DNA from: Podarcis melisellensis
Taxonomy: Eukaryota
Assembly (NCBI GenBank): GCA_964234715.1
Contig: OZ174283.1
Strand: one strand, 5' to 3'
DNA: 64,000 nt
The notes below the pieces were generated by a model that saw nothing but the letters and a program-made list of their open reading frames with translations, ran no database searches and was not told where the DNA came from. Shown in pieces: positions 1-13,270 of the stretch. The position numbers were made by a program, and so were the translations under genes. Each line of letters starts with the position of its first letter. Position 1 is the stretch's first letter.

Positions 1-313
1 TACCCACCGCCAATAAGACAGTTAGGTTTGTTATAATGGCACTTAACTCTTCATTATTTAAAACTATTATAAATATAAACAGTTTCAGTATAAGATCTGT
101 GTTATACTGTTAAGAAAAGTTAAGAAAAAACTTGTGTGCAGTAAAGTGCAAATGATGTTGAATCCATTTAGGAAAAACAAGTATTTTTTCAACAATTTTC
201 TGAATATTGCTTCTAATTTCTGACCATAACCATAGGTATACCCTTAGTTATCCCTAGCTATAGCCATAGCTATGTTTAGAGGCCACTACAGAATATATAG
301 TGCGTTTGAAACT

Positions 314-640
314 TAGGGTGTGTTCACATTACCATTTAGCACAGCTCCAGCATGCTTGCACCACTGGTTTTTAAAGCTGGGTTCACACCACATTGGTCAC
401 AATCCATCGGTATCCTGTGGCTTTCCAAGAAATACCCCTCTTTGACGTGATTTCCCTCAGACCGTCTTCTGCCTGATTAAAAAATAGAAGCCACAGTTCT
501 GTTATGGTGGGGACAGTTCAGGTGGCTTTTGTGCACACACAGATGACCATGCATGCTTAAATGTAAGCTACACTTGATGTGGGGAAAGAAATCATCAGGT
601 AAAATCAGCCCTGTTCTTAATCTGATGTGAACAGAGGCAG
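314..640. mobile_element. Possible old PIF/Harbinger-type MITE remnant
   Basis: Degenerate termini AGGGTGTGTTCACA...TGTGAACAGAGG; no clean TSD. Confidence 0.25.
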
Positions 641-1556
641 AAGCAACTGACTTGGAAAGAACATCAGTGGATGTTGAAACTAGTCTTAGTTTCATATTTA
701 TATTAAGTAAGTTTATGTTTATAGGTGAAATCACAAAGACAGAAGATTCTGAGGACCTTTTATTCCCCAAGGAAATAAACAGCTAGAAAAGGAATAAAAG
801 AAAAACAAAAGGAAATAGCAATTTTCTTAAACATCTTGACTATTACATTAATATCTAATAATATAATTAGTGACTCTCAGTTCCAAGATGCATGTTCTGA
901 TGTATAACTGTGCAGACAAAAATAGTAACTGAAAATAAGATCTAAATGTATAACTCATTCTTTCTGTTAAAATGAGAAGCTCTTTGTCAGTACAATTAGC
1001 TAATATGATTTTGCCTGTCTGGAAATGTTTAACACCTTTGAGAATGGCAAGATTGGTGTTACATGGCCTGAAACCAAAGGCACTTTTGTAGAATTAGTTT
1101 GCTTTTCCTTCACAGATTAACACTTAGTACCAATGTGCTGGATGTCAAGGAAAACGAGCTTGAAAAAGTGTATTTTCCTCTTATTTGTTTTTCTTAGCCT
1201 CAAAACAGCTGCAGTGTGTGTGGAGCTGAATGCCAGAAAAAAGCAACATTTTAAATTAAATAATCCATTTAAAGGCTTAGGGAATTACTCTGTCTACTGA
1301 GTTTTTTTTATTACCCCCCCTTTTTTGGTAGACACCAGGAGGATTGTTCGAGTTATAAATATTGTGACTCCAGGGCTTTTCTGAATTTCTTTTTAGAAAC
1401 GTCATAAATAGTGACTTTCAGAGCAAAGGGATACTGTTGGAAATGTGGATTTGGATGTTCTGTTGTATGTTACAGGCAGACACATGAACTGGAACAGAGG
1501 ATTTGAAGGAAATCCCTACCAGTCCTTTTCTACTTAGGTTCAGATACCCAAGTAAA

Positions 1557-1635
1557 AATGTAAGAGCCCCGCTGGATCAAACCAAAGTCCCACCTAGTCC
1601 AGTATCCTGCCCTTCCCAACAAATCCAGACAAAAT
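1557..1635 (-). mobile_element. CR1 LINE 3'-end fragment
   Basis: AAGAGCCCCGCTGGATCAAACCAAAGTCCCACCTAGTCCAGTATCCTG resembles the reverse complement of squamate CR1 3' ends; similar sequence at 27257 and 54078. Confidence 0.5.
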
Positions 1636-3705
1636 GCATATTTATTGCATAAGTTGCACAGTGTGTCTGTATGGCCAAACTAATGCAGGCAAGCACTAAA
1701 TCCTACAAGCTTTAGAATTCACATGCAGGATGATGTGTTTGATGTTTCCCCATGTCATAAAATTAGCACATCATGAAAAACATTTTCAGCATAGCTTTTT
1801 TCTCTGTTGTACTGGCATCCTATTTGCTGAGAGATTTCATGTGCAAGGCTGGAGTAGTACAATCTAGTGAAGATGTATTTATTTCAACGAAAAATTATAT
1901 ACTACTTCACGAAGAAACAATAACATCCTCTTGATGGTTTGCATAAAAAGTGTAAAAATATTCATAAGGAAATACTAACAAGAACAACATATTTTAAAAT
2001 AAGTAGAATAAAACTACCAAAATACAGATATAATCATCAGTTTAAAAATATATATGAAAGCAAGTCTGGGCAGAAGCGATAAGTAGCGGGTGGCAGCACT
2101 CGCACTGCTGTTTACTGGGAAGGTAGAGCAGCAGGACTGATGTGGTTGTGAGATTGACATCATGCAAATGCATCAGGTGGAGCATTGGATTGGTTTCACC
2201 ATTGTACTTCCACCTTGCCCTCTCCACCTCTGCATAAGGAGCAGCAATGTGACCAACCAGAGGTCAGGTGAGCACCATGCCACCTGCTGCAGGAAAAAGA
2301 TGGCACCACATGCAGTGCTAACCATTTGGATAGATTATCAGAACTTGGGAAGAGAGGTTTTCAGGTCGTGATGAGCCTAAGTTAATATTGCCGCTTGCTT
2401 ACTAGGAAAACCAATCCCCTTGCTGCTTGGTAGAATGCGCCTTGGCCAGTTTTATTCTCTCTCTCCCTCCCTCCCTCCCTCCGCCAAAGATGATTTTCTG
2501 ACTCATGGGCACAGCAAACTGCAATGGGCCAGATGAACCACTGGTTTGCAGTCTGATTGGTAAGTTCCTGATAGCAGTGGATCATGATGCAGCTAGCTGT
2601 TACAGCATCTTCATATGAAGTGATAGGGGATACAAGAAGACCATTGATGGAAGAAGCATAATAACACACATGAAAACAATTCTGTCTGGGATTTTATAAC
2701 AAGACCTTGTCTACAGCAAGAGTTTTTCTCCTTGTTCCAGCTGAATTGCAGGTATACGAAAGGAGCCTAACCCAGCCTGAAAGTATGCACCTGAAATCTC
2801 CAGTCCCTGTGCCACCTGTCCCATAGCACTGACACATTCTCTTTATTCCCTTGGCTCATGGATGGGCTGTAGGAAGCGTGGAAAGTACACCAGACTTTCC
2901 AGCGCACGTTGTTTCCCCTCATGATATTTTGAATAGGTTATGGGACAGCTCAGTCCTTTTTTTTCCAGGGACAAGTTCTGTTTTTGTTATTACAGAAAAT
3001 AAACTTTGCCAATACAACTGTGATTCAAAGTCCCCACCAGTCAGGTGCTGTATTTAACCTAACACTAACTACAAGAAATTTACTAAAAAGGGATCCCTTC
3101 CTGCAACCGTTCTTGACATCACAGCAAGTGCCACGGTTGTTAAACTATGGAACGTAATTTTAAAGGGCGATTTGGGACACGTGCCATCCAAGATCTGCAT
3201 TATGGAAACCTACAATAATTGCCCAGTTGGGCCAAGTGGCAAGCAATTGTGGATGGAATTTCCCCATGAGCTGCTTCCTGTACTTCCATGTTTATTGCGC
3301 ACGACCTGGCTGCGTTATATAGACCTGAAGTATTTGTCCAGAAAGAGAGGTTGAATTAAATGAAATATTTCATCCCTTTGTTCTTTACTTGGAGGAAAAA
3401 TACCATTAATGCATTTTCAGTGGTGCTTAATTGGCTGTACATTGTAAGTTGCTGTTTTAAAATGTACTTTTATTAGGTCACATTGATGTGATGTGCAGGA
3501 AAATAATCCTATTGCAGACCACTCCAGAATATGGAGATAACCACCTCACTCCTCAGGTTTGCAGTGCTTTGAATTATTGCAGGTGAATAACAGTTGGGAA
3601 CTATCCTTTGCTGTCAGTAGGTAGGGATGCTACCCAATCCCATCCTGAGCATGGGTCCTTCTGTTCTACTGGTACAGATAGGGAAATTAGTAGCAAATTC
3701 ATGCC

Positions 3706-4079
3706 TAGGGATGAGAGAGAAATTTGCTTTGACTTGCAGTTTTAATGCTAGTCAAGCTAATTCACACTTCATGAAACAATACACAAACTGAAATGCAGAT
3801 ATCTCTTGACTATTTACAGTTCTCTAGCTGAAAAATGTGGGCCAAAATATGTACATTAGGAGAAATGTGCATAAAATGCATATATTAATGAAAGTAACAT
3901 ATATCAGTACAATGCATTGTATCAGGAAAATTGAGAAAAAATGTATATATTTGGAGCAATTAAAATGATGACATATTTTCATGGGGATCTTTTGGGGGGT
4001 GGGGGATATATGTAAATTGCATACTGATGCAGAAATGTGGCAACCTGATAGGGGGGAAAGGGAAATTTGTCCATCATTA
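3706..4079. mobile_element. Non-autonomous hAT DNA transposon
   Basis: Perfect 8-bp TSD TTCATGCC (3698-3705, 4080-4087); termini TAGGGATG / degenerate CATCATTA. Confidence 0.75.
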
Positions 4080-4572
4080 TTCATGCCACACTGATTTTTT
4101 AAAGACTGTCCCAGTCTACAGAGCATAGGTAGCTGTGAACTACATGTAAGCCAGGGCATGTGACTGGTGTGTGCACATTTAGCTTGGTGGTTGTTTTAGA
4201 AAATATACAGATCTAGTGTAGGCTAGGCCATTTTCCAGAGATAGCCCACAGAGTGTGAGGCTTGTCTGAACAGCAGATGTGTGTAGCACACTTCATTTAA
4301 TGGCTGCATACAGACATGGGTGTATCTTAAAGTAGCACTAGACACTGTGATCAGTTTTTTGGTGTGTTTTTTTAAAAAAATTCATTTCTGGCTTCTAATG
4401 ATGAAATGAAACTCAAAGCCCATCTATCCACATGCATTGTTAATTCATTTAACATAATAAATAAATAATATTTATGATCAGTTATTTGTATTATGTCCTA
4501 GGTCAGCTGCCTGTGCCCCCCACCTGAAAACCTACCTGGAGGGTCAGGGCCTAGCTGAGCAACAGTGGAGGG

Positions 4573-4697
4573 CAGTATTATTTTTCTAGAAAAAGAACAA
4601 CATGAATGCCTCCCTAGTTCTCGTATAATGGCAATGGTGCCCACCAGTGAGGTGCCAGAACTGAGTTCCGGCGAGTTCGGGCTATAAAAAAGCCCTG
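4573..4697. mobile_element. hAT MITE (~125 bp)
   Basis: CAG...CTG termini; 8-bp TSD GTGGAGGG/GTGGAGAG; opposite-orientation relative at 48593-48729. Confidence 0.7.
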
Positions 4698-7339
4698 GTG
4701 GAGAGGACATGGTAAGTTTGCTTGAACTTTAGCAAGTCTCTCTCCTCACTTTATAGCAATTCACCCTTGTGCAGAAGCCTGCATGCCTTAACCAACGTTG
4801 TTCAGGAGAGCCCATGATCCTATAGTTGGGGTTTTTGGTTGGTGCCGTGAGGAGCAGAGGGTGGTAAACCTTCCTTCTGTGAACATCCTTGAAGAACCGT
4901 ATCTTAGTTTGTGTCATAGTTCTTCCATTGTAAGGCTAGAGTCTAAAGAACAATGAAGATGCGTCCATGACAGATAGCTCTTGAAACTTAAAGGAGAACA
5001 ACAGGTAGTCAGTTGATTTAAAGAAAACAGTGGAAAAAATCCATGGGCTAATAATGCACACTCCTTTACATTACTGTTAAGCAGTTATTTGGATACTAGC
5101 CTAGAGAAGCACACGTCTGCCTTATTTTTGTATTTAATACCTCATCTCATTTTTTGATTTTACAAATTTGAGATGATGTACCTCAGAAGGAGGAGAGGGG
5201 GGAAACAGTGCTGATGGAAAGTTATAATGGGAATGCTTTTAAGCAGTCTTAATTAGTGAGGTTGGCCGTATGCCAGCTTTCATTAAATTGGGCAGGGGGA
5301 ACCCTAATTTTAATTCAGAGGCACTCAGATATTTTCCATGTATTTTAGCTATCAGATTTTAGCCTTGAAATTTTCTGTGAGGTTTTTGGATTTTAATTAG
5401 TCAAGGAATGTAAGCCAGAATTTGACCTCCGAGTGACCCTCTTGCTTGTAATACTGTGTAATCAGTTACACGAAGCCTTACAATGGCTGCAAATCTTTTC
5501 CTCAGTAGTTATTTAATTGGGAAGTGTTTTGCTCATTGAAGCGTTTGACATATGAGGTGGAAGACATCAACTCTGGTGGTACTGAGACTCTGGGTATCAA
5601 AGGCATTTTTGTTAATGTCCCAGGAGGGCCTCACGCTGCTGCAAATGCTGTAACAGGACCAAGGCATTTGTTCCTTCATGCTGGGTAGTCATGTCTGAAA
5701 AGTTCAACCCTTCATTTAATGAAGGACAATATGATAGACACATGCAGCTGACCTTGTGCAACTGGACATTTATATATTTATTTTTTAAAAAGAAAATGGT
5801 GCTCAAAGTGGTTTACATAAACCAATAAACCCAATATTACAGCCTTGTAAACAAGCTCACAGAAGCTGTTAACCTGCAAATTTGTTGACTAGCCTTCTAA
5901 GAAACTAGTATCCTGTCTTTTTGATGCTGCCTACAGGGGATGGGAGCTAAAGGGAGACCATAGAGGAGGAATGAGAGACTGGCTTCTTTCTCAGCCAGAC
6001 AGTGGAGGAAGGATAGAGAAATCTGTTCCTACTCCAGTCACCTGCATTGGATTCCTTGAAAATTGAAATAGAAGGCTGTTACACAGCAATAATATTAACA
6101 AGGAATACAAGTTCATCAAAAGAAATATACATGCAGCACTTAAAATTATGCTAAAGGGCAGCCAAAACCAGATGTGGGAAGAAAGAATAATAAAAGAATG
6201 AAGAGAAGAAATAGAAGAAATAGGAAAAGAGAGGGAATAATTTTGGTAAGGGATTTTAATAAACTTGCTTGGTAAATGAAAATTTGCGTCAAATTTGACT
6301 TCTCTGCAACCATTTTTTGTCAATCAAGTGTGTCTTTTTTGCAGACTCTTCATTGCCATTATCCGTCTTAGAATAGTTATGAGCTGGGAGCAACTAAGAG
6401 TGGGAGAGTATGCTGCACAAAACACTGAAAATGGCTGCTTCTGTTGAGTTCACTCCCTCTATTACATGTCATAAACATTTTTGTGGCCTGATAGGATCAT
6501 GTTGTTTGCTTCCTTACACCTGCAACACTGGGGGAACAGACAACACAATTATCAGTATGTAGGTACTAAGCTTTACCACATTTACAGAGGGACATGAGCA
6601 TAGCTTCCTTTTTATCACAATGTCTAATTGTCTTCAGACCTATAAGCTCACACCTGGCAAGCTTGATATCTGAGCAGAGATGAGCATGTAGCTGAAACCA
6701 TGTGCCAAAAAAAGAACAAATGTTTAAGAATAAGTACAGGTAACTCACAACTTATGTACATTTAACTTGTGCGCATTCAGCTTTATGTGCTTGGCAAAAC
6801 AAAAATAAAATAAAAAGGAAGCAGAAAGAGGGCAGGTGTTGGGAGAGAGGAAAGGCCTTTTCAGTCTGTTCCCAACATTTACCGGTAAATCTCCCTTTCC
6901 AGTGTATGCATGCTTGTTTAACTAAACTGGGACTCTGCACATGATATATGTGTTTCTTGTAATAATACAAAGACAGTACTTGTATCAATTTCCTTCAGCC
7001 TGGGCTGAAGTATGAATTGGTGCCTTGTGCATAGTGGAAAGCCTTGCTTTGTTCATCTGATCCACTTGTGCAATGTCAGTGCAAATGCCCCATCATATGT
7101 GAGTACACTTGCAGTGCTGCAGCAACAACTCCCAAATGCTCAGTTTGATGTTAAGAGGCCAAACCAGAAGCAAGAAGAAACTCGCTAGCAGATGCTCTAC
7201 GTTTGGTAGTCTGCTTTGGAATTGCCAAATGGAAAGCATCCTTCCCTGATGGGATTCTTAGACTGTTAGTAATAATTTGTATATAGTGGTGATAGCAGGT
7301 CATAATTGGATTCAGGAAGGATATAATAATGTGTCCAAT

Positions 7340-7510
7340 AGCAAGTGTAAAGGAAATTTTAGGTGTATTTAAGAAGTAATTAACTGAGGCAAAACTTGGC
7401 CAGAATGTTAGAGCTCACACCTCTCTACTTGGGAAATGTCTTGTGTGTTGTTTTTCTAATGATTATAATGTGTTCAAGACCTTGGTTTTTAATACTTTCT
7501 GCAAGTGTTT
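7340..7510 (-). mobile_element. Ancient AmnSINE1/DeuSINE relic (Deu domain)
   Basis: TTGGCCAGAATGTTAGAGCTCACACCTCT...TAATGATTATAATGTGTTCAAGACCTTGGTTTT aligns by eye with the recalled reverse-complement Deu domain TTGGCCAGGACACCGGGGTTAACACCCCT...TAATGACCACAAGTGGTCAGGACCTCGGTTTT. Confidence 0.6.
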
Positions 7511-7827
7511 TACAGTCTCAGCTGTGGTGCTAAGAACATACTTCTACATTATTTTCAACTTTGTTACCAAAGTGAGTTATAACTTGGTGGGGGAGTTGTG
7601 AATTTGCCACTTCACAAAGTTTACCATACATTTTGATGCAGAATATTTCAGTATTGTTGTAACCAACCTGTATTGTCTTGCATTATGATCCTAAGCATGC
7701 ATTGGAATAATTCCATGTAAATGCATTTGGGATCCACCTGAGATACCTTGCAGCATACTATCTAACATTGGAAGTTGATCCAAAATGCATGGACATGGAA
7801 TTACTCCCATGGGCCTTATTTCCAAGT

Positions 7828-8025
7828 CACTGGCGAAGGAAGAGGGGGGCAGGGGGGAGCATACCACCCCTGGCAGCGTGATCCCGGTGGGGTGCCATCA
7901 CAGCTGCGCCCCCACCTGTGCTGGGTGCCATGCCCCAGGACGCACGCCACACTCCTGCGGGCGGTGCACCACGCCCCTGCCTGCGCTCCACCCTCCCGGT
8001 GCTGGAGCATGAAGCTCTGCCACTG
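7828..8025. mobile_element. GC-rich hAT MITE
   Basis: Termini CACTGGCG...TGCCACTG; perfect 8-bp TSD TTCCAAGT (7820-7827, 8026-8033). Confidence 0.85.
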
Positions 8026-8096
8026 TTCCAAGTATGCCTGTTTAGGATTGCAAACATGCTCATGCTTACCTGAATGTAAGTTTGCCCCTTGGGGCT

Positions 8097-8442
8097 TAAA
8101 GGTACCCCTGACTGTTAGGACAACTCTGGGGTTGCGCGCTCATCTCACTCTATAGGCTGATGGAGCCGGTGTTTGTCCGCAGACAGTTTTTTGGGGTCAT
8201 GTGGCCAGCATGAGTAAGCCTCTTCTGGTGAACCAGAGCAGCGCACAGAAATGCTGTTTACCTTCCTGCCAGAGCAGTACCTATTTATCTACTTGTACTC
8301 TGATGTGCTTTCAAACTACTAGGTTGGCAGGAGCAGGGACCAAGCAATGGGAGCTCACCCTGACGCAGGGATTCGAACTGCCGACCTTCTGATCGGCAAG
8401 CCCTAGGCTCTGTGGTTTAGACCACAGTGCCACCCGCATCCC
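8097..8442 (-). mobile_element. Sauria SINE (Squam1)
   Basis: Reverse complement starts GGGATGCGGGTGGCACTGTGG, has B-box GTTCGAATCCC, AAGTAGATAAATAGGTAC core and ACCTTT tail. Confidence 0.92.
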
Positions 8443-9280
8443 TTACTCTCCTTTAACCTTACTATATTTTGCTGTAATTTATTAAGTCCATTGTAACACT
8501 TGCCAGAAGGAATAAAGTAACCCACAGAGGGTCTTGTTCAGGAGAGCTTCCAGTTAATATAGTTTCCAGTGTGGGTTCTAGTATTTTGCAATGTGTTGAG
8601 GATAGAGGAAAGGGCAGTTGGCCCATAGTGAAGGATGGCTTTCTTTCTAAAAATGTGAACAAACGGAACTGTTTTCCACCACTGTTAAATTATCAGATGG
8701 TATCCAGACATATCTGGATTTGTTTTATTCCCAGGCGTTGTTTCTCCATCCCAGTTTTCTGTACATTCATAACCTTATTTGCAAATAATAGGCATATGTT
8801 TCAAACGAACTAGATAATTACTTAAGGTCCACCACAAATATGCTGCAATAAAACAGCCACATCCTACTGTAAAACTGAGTACTGCTATCACTTAGTGAAA
8901 ATATATGAGTGTAAGGTTTCTGAATTTTACAGAAAGTAACAGGATGTTTTGCTTCCTAGATATGCAGATATTTTATGGAGACAATTATTAAGCCATTAAC
9001 ACAAGATTATTACAACAGTCAGCACTGATTACAAAAAACAAAGTTAGAGTAGAATCAAAAAGGCAACTTGTTTGTTTGGGAAAAGCTGCTGCTGCTGCTT
9101 CTCACTCCCCCCAGGAAAAGATGGTCCCTCAGAAACCCTTCAGGTGAATCAGTAAGCACAATTTTCACATGCAAGCGTTAGTGATGTGCTCAGGTTCCCA
9201 TGCACATTATCAAGGCAGGCTCTTTGGTGCAAAGCAAGCTTTCTCAGTGCTTTCTCTCACTTCCTTGCTTGCTCCTAAGT

Positions 9281-9580
9281 CAGGGGTAGGCAACCTAAGG
9301 CCCAGGGGCCGGATGCAGCCCAATCGCCTTCTCAATCTGGCCCATGGACGGTTCAGGAATCAGCATGTTTTTACATGAGTAGAATGTGTCCTTTTATTTA
9401 AAATGCATCTCTGGGTTATTTGTAGGGCCTGCCTGTGTGTTTTTATTTTAAAATGCATCTCTGGGTTATTTGTGGGGCATAGGAATTCGTTCATATTTAT
9501 TTCCAAAATATAGTCTGGCCCACCACATGATCTGAGGGATGGTGGACCGGCCCACGGCTGAAAAAGGTTGCTGACCCCTG
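9281..9580. mobile_element. hAT (Charlie-like) MITE
   Basis: TIR CAGGGGTAGGCAACCT...AGGTTGCTGACCCCTG; TSD TCCTAAGT/CTCTAAGT; second copy at 57624-57873. Confidence 0.85.
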
Positions 9581-10699
9581 CTCTAAGTGAATACAACAGG
9601 AGCACAGAGATATATAGCTCCATGCTGTCTTCAGAGTTACGTCTTTCTTTTTGTTTTTATATACTGGTGCTGCTGAGTTGCATCACAGTCCATGCATTAT
9701 CATAATAGCATGGGTGGGGTGGTCATAAATATGGAGGAAGCTTTTTGGGTTTTCCATTCCCTCCCTCCCCCCTATTAGAACCAGTGGAAGGGAAACGCTT
9801 TGCTCCAGGTCTGCGGCTGGTGTAAAGTTGGACCACCAATGACAGCCTCTGGATTTTCCTTACCTCTGCTCCCCCTGACCTACCTGAATGGCCCAATTTT
9901 GGCTATTCCACTGGCATATCTAGGCAGTTTCACTGGTGCATCTTTCATGCTGGCAGTACAACACAAGTTCTCATTGGTGTATCAAAGCTTCTGCCAGATC
10001 CTATTGCCCTCAGCTGGTGAATCTGGAGTACAGGACTATACCCTGAGGCTACTAAGAAATATTCAATCTATACTGATTTGCAAAATGCAATATACTATGA
10101 AACAAGCCTGATAATTTATTTGTTTAAACTGTAGAGCTTATGTGTAAGAATTTGATATGTTCAAGCTACCCATTTGAGGTTTTGATGAAATGTTTTAATC
10201 CCATTGATTAGTATTTTGAGCTGTAAAAATATACTGTGGTTTATGGATTGTGTGCTCTTAGTTATTTATTTATTTATAATATAAATAAACTATGGTAATA
10301 TATTTATAATGCTGCAACATAATCCATGTCATTAATGTAAGGTAGGCAATCAAAACATTTCTCTTTCACTTTGACATAAATTTCAACAAAAAGATATTCT
10401 GTAGCTAAATAGTTGAAACAGCTAACTCACTCTTCTGGTTGAAGTGTGAAGCTTTTGTGTACTGTATCATGCTCAGGGTTCAAGTGATATTTCTTTCTGT
10501 TCTACTGCATAGCCATGGCCATGTTTTAGTTTACCTAGACAGCATGAAGAAAACATTTTGACCCTTGAGATTGGTGCAGGTAAAAGTTCTATTGTTTCAA
10601 TGAAGCGGCCACTTCTTATGTAAAATAACTTTGCCCGTTGCCTCCATTTCACAATTATTACCATAGCTAATACACTTCCATGTATGTGATGTTGGTGCA

Positions 10700-11319
10700 T
10701 TGTTGTTGTTTAGTCATGTCTGACTCTTCATGACCCCAAGGTCCAGAGCACGCCAGGCACTCCTGTCTTCCACTGCCTCCTGCAGTTTGGTCAAATTCGT
10801 GTTAGTAGCTTCGAGAACACTGTCCAACCATCTTGTCCTCTGTCATCCCCTTCTCCTTGTGCCCTCCATCTTTCCCAACATCAGGCTCTTTTCCAGGAAG
10901 TCTTCTCTTCTCATGAGGTGGCCAAAGTATTGGAGCCTCAGCTTCAAGATCTGTCCTTCCAGTGAGCACTCGGAGCTGATTTCCTTCAGAATGGATAGGT
11001 TTGACCATCTTGCAGTCCATGGGACTCTCAAGAGTCTTCTCCAGCACCATAATTCAAAAGCATAAATTCTTCTACGATCAGCCTTCTTTATGGTCCAGCT
11101 TTCACTTCCATACATCACTACTGGGAAAACCATAGGTTTAACTATACGGACCTTTGTCGGCAAGGTAATGTCTCCTTTTTAAGATGCTGTCTAGGTTTGC
11201 TATCGCCTTTCTCCCAAGGAGCAGGCGTTTTTTTAATTTTGTTCCTGCTGTCACCATCTGCAGTGATCATGGAGCCCAAGAAGGTAAAATCTCTCACTAC
11301 CTCCATTTCTTCCCCTTCT
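10700..11319 (-). mobile_element. Bov-B (RTE) LINE, 5'-truncated
   Basis: Encodes KVRIVKPMVFPVVMYGSESWTIKKADRRRIYAFELWCWRRLLRVPWTAR (Bov-B C-terminus); (CAA)n tail at 10700. Confidence 0.95.
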
Positions 11320-11650
11320 GTTACAGCTCAGCAATTCCCAAACTATGGTTTGTGAATTCAGACATAACAGAAAATCAAAGCAAGCCAGCGTCAAACTGTA
11401 GTTTGACATCCTGAATTGGCAACCCTTCATAGACTGTGCCTTGTACAATGGAGCAAGTTCAATTATAATGCTGAACCTGTGTTTGGGATTATATTTCTAT
11501 ATGCAGACATACTCAAGGCCAGTGTTGCAGTGCTAGTGAATGAGAGCAGAGGGTATCACAATACTGCAGTTTCCCTTGCTTTTGCATCCTCCTTAACATA
11601 GTGAATGTGAAAAAGACACAGATGTATTGCAACCACAATGATTAGTAAAA

Positions 11651-11699
11651 CCAAGATGACCCTTGGGTCCCTTCCAACTTTATAATTCTATGATTCTAT
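11651..11699 (+). mobile_element. CR1 3' terminal stub
   Basis: GATGACCCTTGGGTCCCTTCCAAC...ATTCTATGATTCTAT (CR1 hairpin plus 8-bp terminal repeat). Confidence 0.75.
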
Positions 11700-12319
11700 A
11701 CTAGATTGACTTAGAAATCAATGCTGCATCAGCCTTTGCCTAGCCTACTTGTATGTGACAGCCTCTAGGCTGTGGAATTCTCTCTCCATAGAGTTGTATC
11801 TGGCACCTTCATTGTGTAGCTTTTGTTGCATGTGTCTAGCACCCTCACTGTATAGCTTCATTGCATAGCTTTCATCATATCCCTCTTTACAGGTGGAGAG
11901 GGTGAAATGGCTGCTGAGTGATACTGATGACTCTGTGACTTATAAGGTGACTTTCTATGCCGTAGCAGCTAGGATGATTAGGAAGAAAGAACTGGATGGG
12001 CTAGCAGTCAGTTGCAAAGGGGACTCTGAGATCTAATCTGCACATTTTATTTGAGAATTACTTTTCATTCTGTGTAATAAGAAATTTTGGTGGATTTGAC
12101 CATGGTTTTACTGCATATGCAGCAACAGTTCTTTTCTTCCTTCTTTGGACGTTACCATGGCCTTTGGCTAGCACAATAAAATATTTTAAATTAAATATGC
12201 CTCTTTACCCAGCCCTTTCATACTTGCAATATGTTTTGGGGGGTTTTGGAACCACCCTATTCTTCTGCTTTTAACTGGTTTTAGTGCTATATTGTATTGA
12301 TGTGATCTGGCCCTGGGAC

Positions 12320-13270
12320 CTAGGGTGTCAACTTGAATAAAATATGGGGGGCAGATAAGCCCCACCTCACATGATCAGTTGTGCCCCAAGGCCCCTAAGC
12401 CCTTTCCCAGTAAATAACTTCAAACGGACACATAATTTAGTTTTAAGTTTTTGAGCAAAATTTAGGTCACAAGTTTATTGATTACAAAACAAATTGAGCA
12501 GTATTGGCCTAGGCATTGGTCTGGGACTATAACTGGCTCCTGCCTCTCTGGCTGGCAGCCTGAAAGGGTAAACACCAAAAGAGTGAGCAACATTGGTGAA
12601 GATTGATTGAAGCTCACCCCAGGGTTCCTGTGGTCCTGGCATGGCCCTAGCCCCTCAAGCGGACTTCGGACGAGATCCAGGACCCCCAGATTCCTTTACC
12701 AGAGTACCGTATTTCTGGAGGGGTCGGTGATGGCCACACCTCCCCTCCCGCACATTTCTATAAACCAATGCCTAACCGTCAATCCTTACAAAGTTGTGAC
12801 GATTGCTAAGGCAGTAGGCGAAAACCAATTGGCTAAAGCCAATCTGCCAAATGGAAAAATTCCTACTTAGCCCCTGCTCCAAAGCAGGCGACTCAATCCA
12901 AAGCAAGGCCAAAGCAGCAGCACCTAAAATAGGGAGGGAGGGCGGGTGTTCGGCAGTGCGAAGCAAGTGCCCCACCCCCATTGTGCTGCCACATTTATAG
13001 GTCCCTGGGATCACGCCACTCAACCCAATTGGCCCAAACAGCCAAGAGCAATCCTGGGGCCCAAATGAAAAGGCTTGGGTCACGCCTAGCAACAACACAC
13101 CCTTAAGGGTCCCGAGCGCAACCAGGACCCTTGATTTAGGAGGATGCCATTTGCATGACATTTCATGCACACACCATTTGAATGACAATGCCCATCAACT
13201 TGGGGAGACCCTCAAATATTTTATGGGGGGGGGCTGAAAGAACCTCAACTCTGAGGAGTTGGCCCCTATG
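12320..13270. mobile_element. hAT MITE interrupted by an LTR-like insertion
   Basis: Termini CTAGGGTGTCAACT...AGTTGGCCCCTATG; TSD CCTGGGAC/TCTGGGAC; same TIR class as 49957-50115. Confidence 0.7.
12380..13149 (-). mobile_element. Probable solo LTR (~770 bp)
   Basis: TG...CA ends; on the - strand CCAAT (13028-13032), TATAAA (12994-12999) and AATAAA (12474-12479) in U3-R-U5 order; GC/CpG richer than flanks; TSD not identified. Confidence 0.6.

Noticed and set aside
228-275. Degenerate CATAGCTAT-like tandem
   Set aside because: Too short and irregular to interpret
1690-1735. Possible third hammerhead remnant (ACAAGCTTTAGAATTC)
   Set aside because: Core and stems cannot be reconstructed
7775-8155. 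Cluster of overlapping ORFs
   Set aside because: Explained by the GC-rich hAT MITE and adjacent SINE
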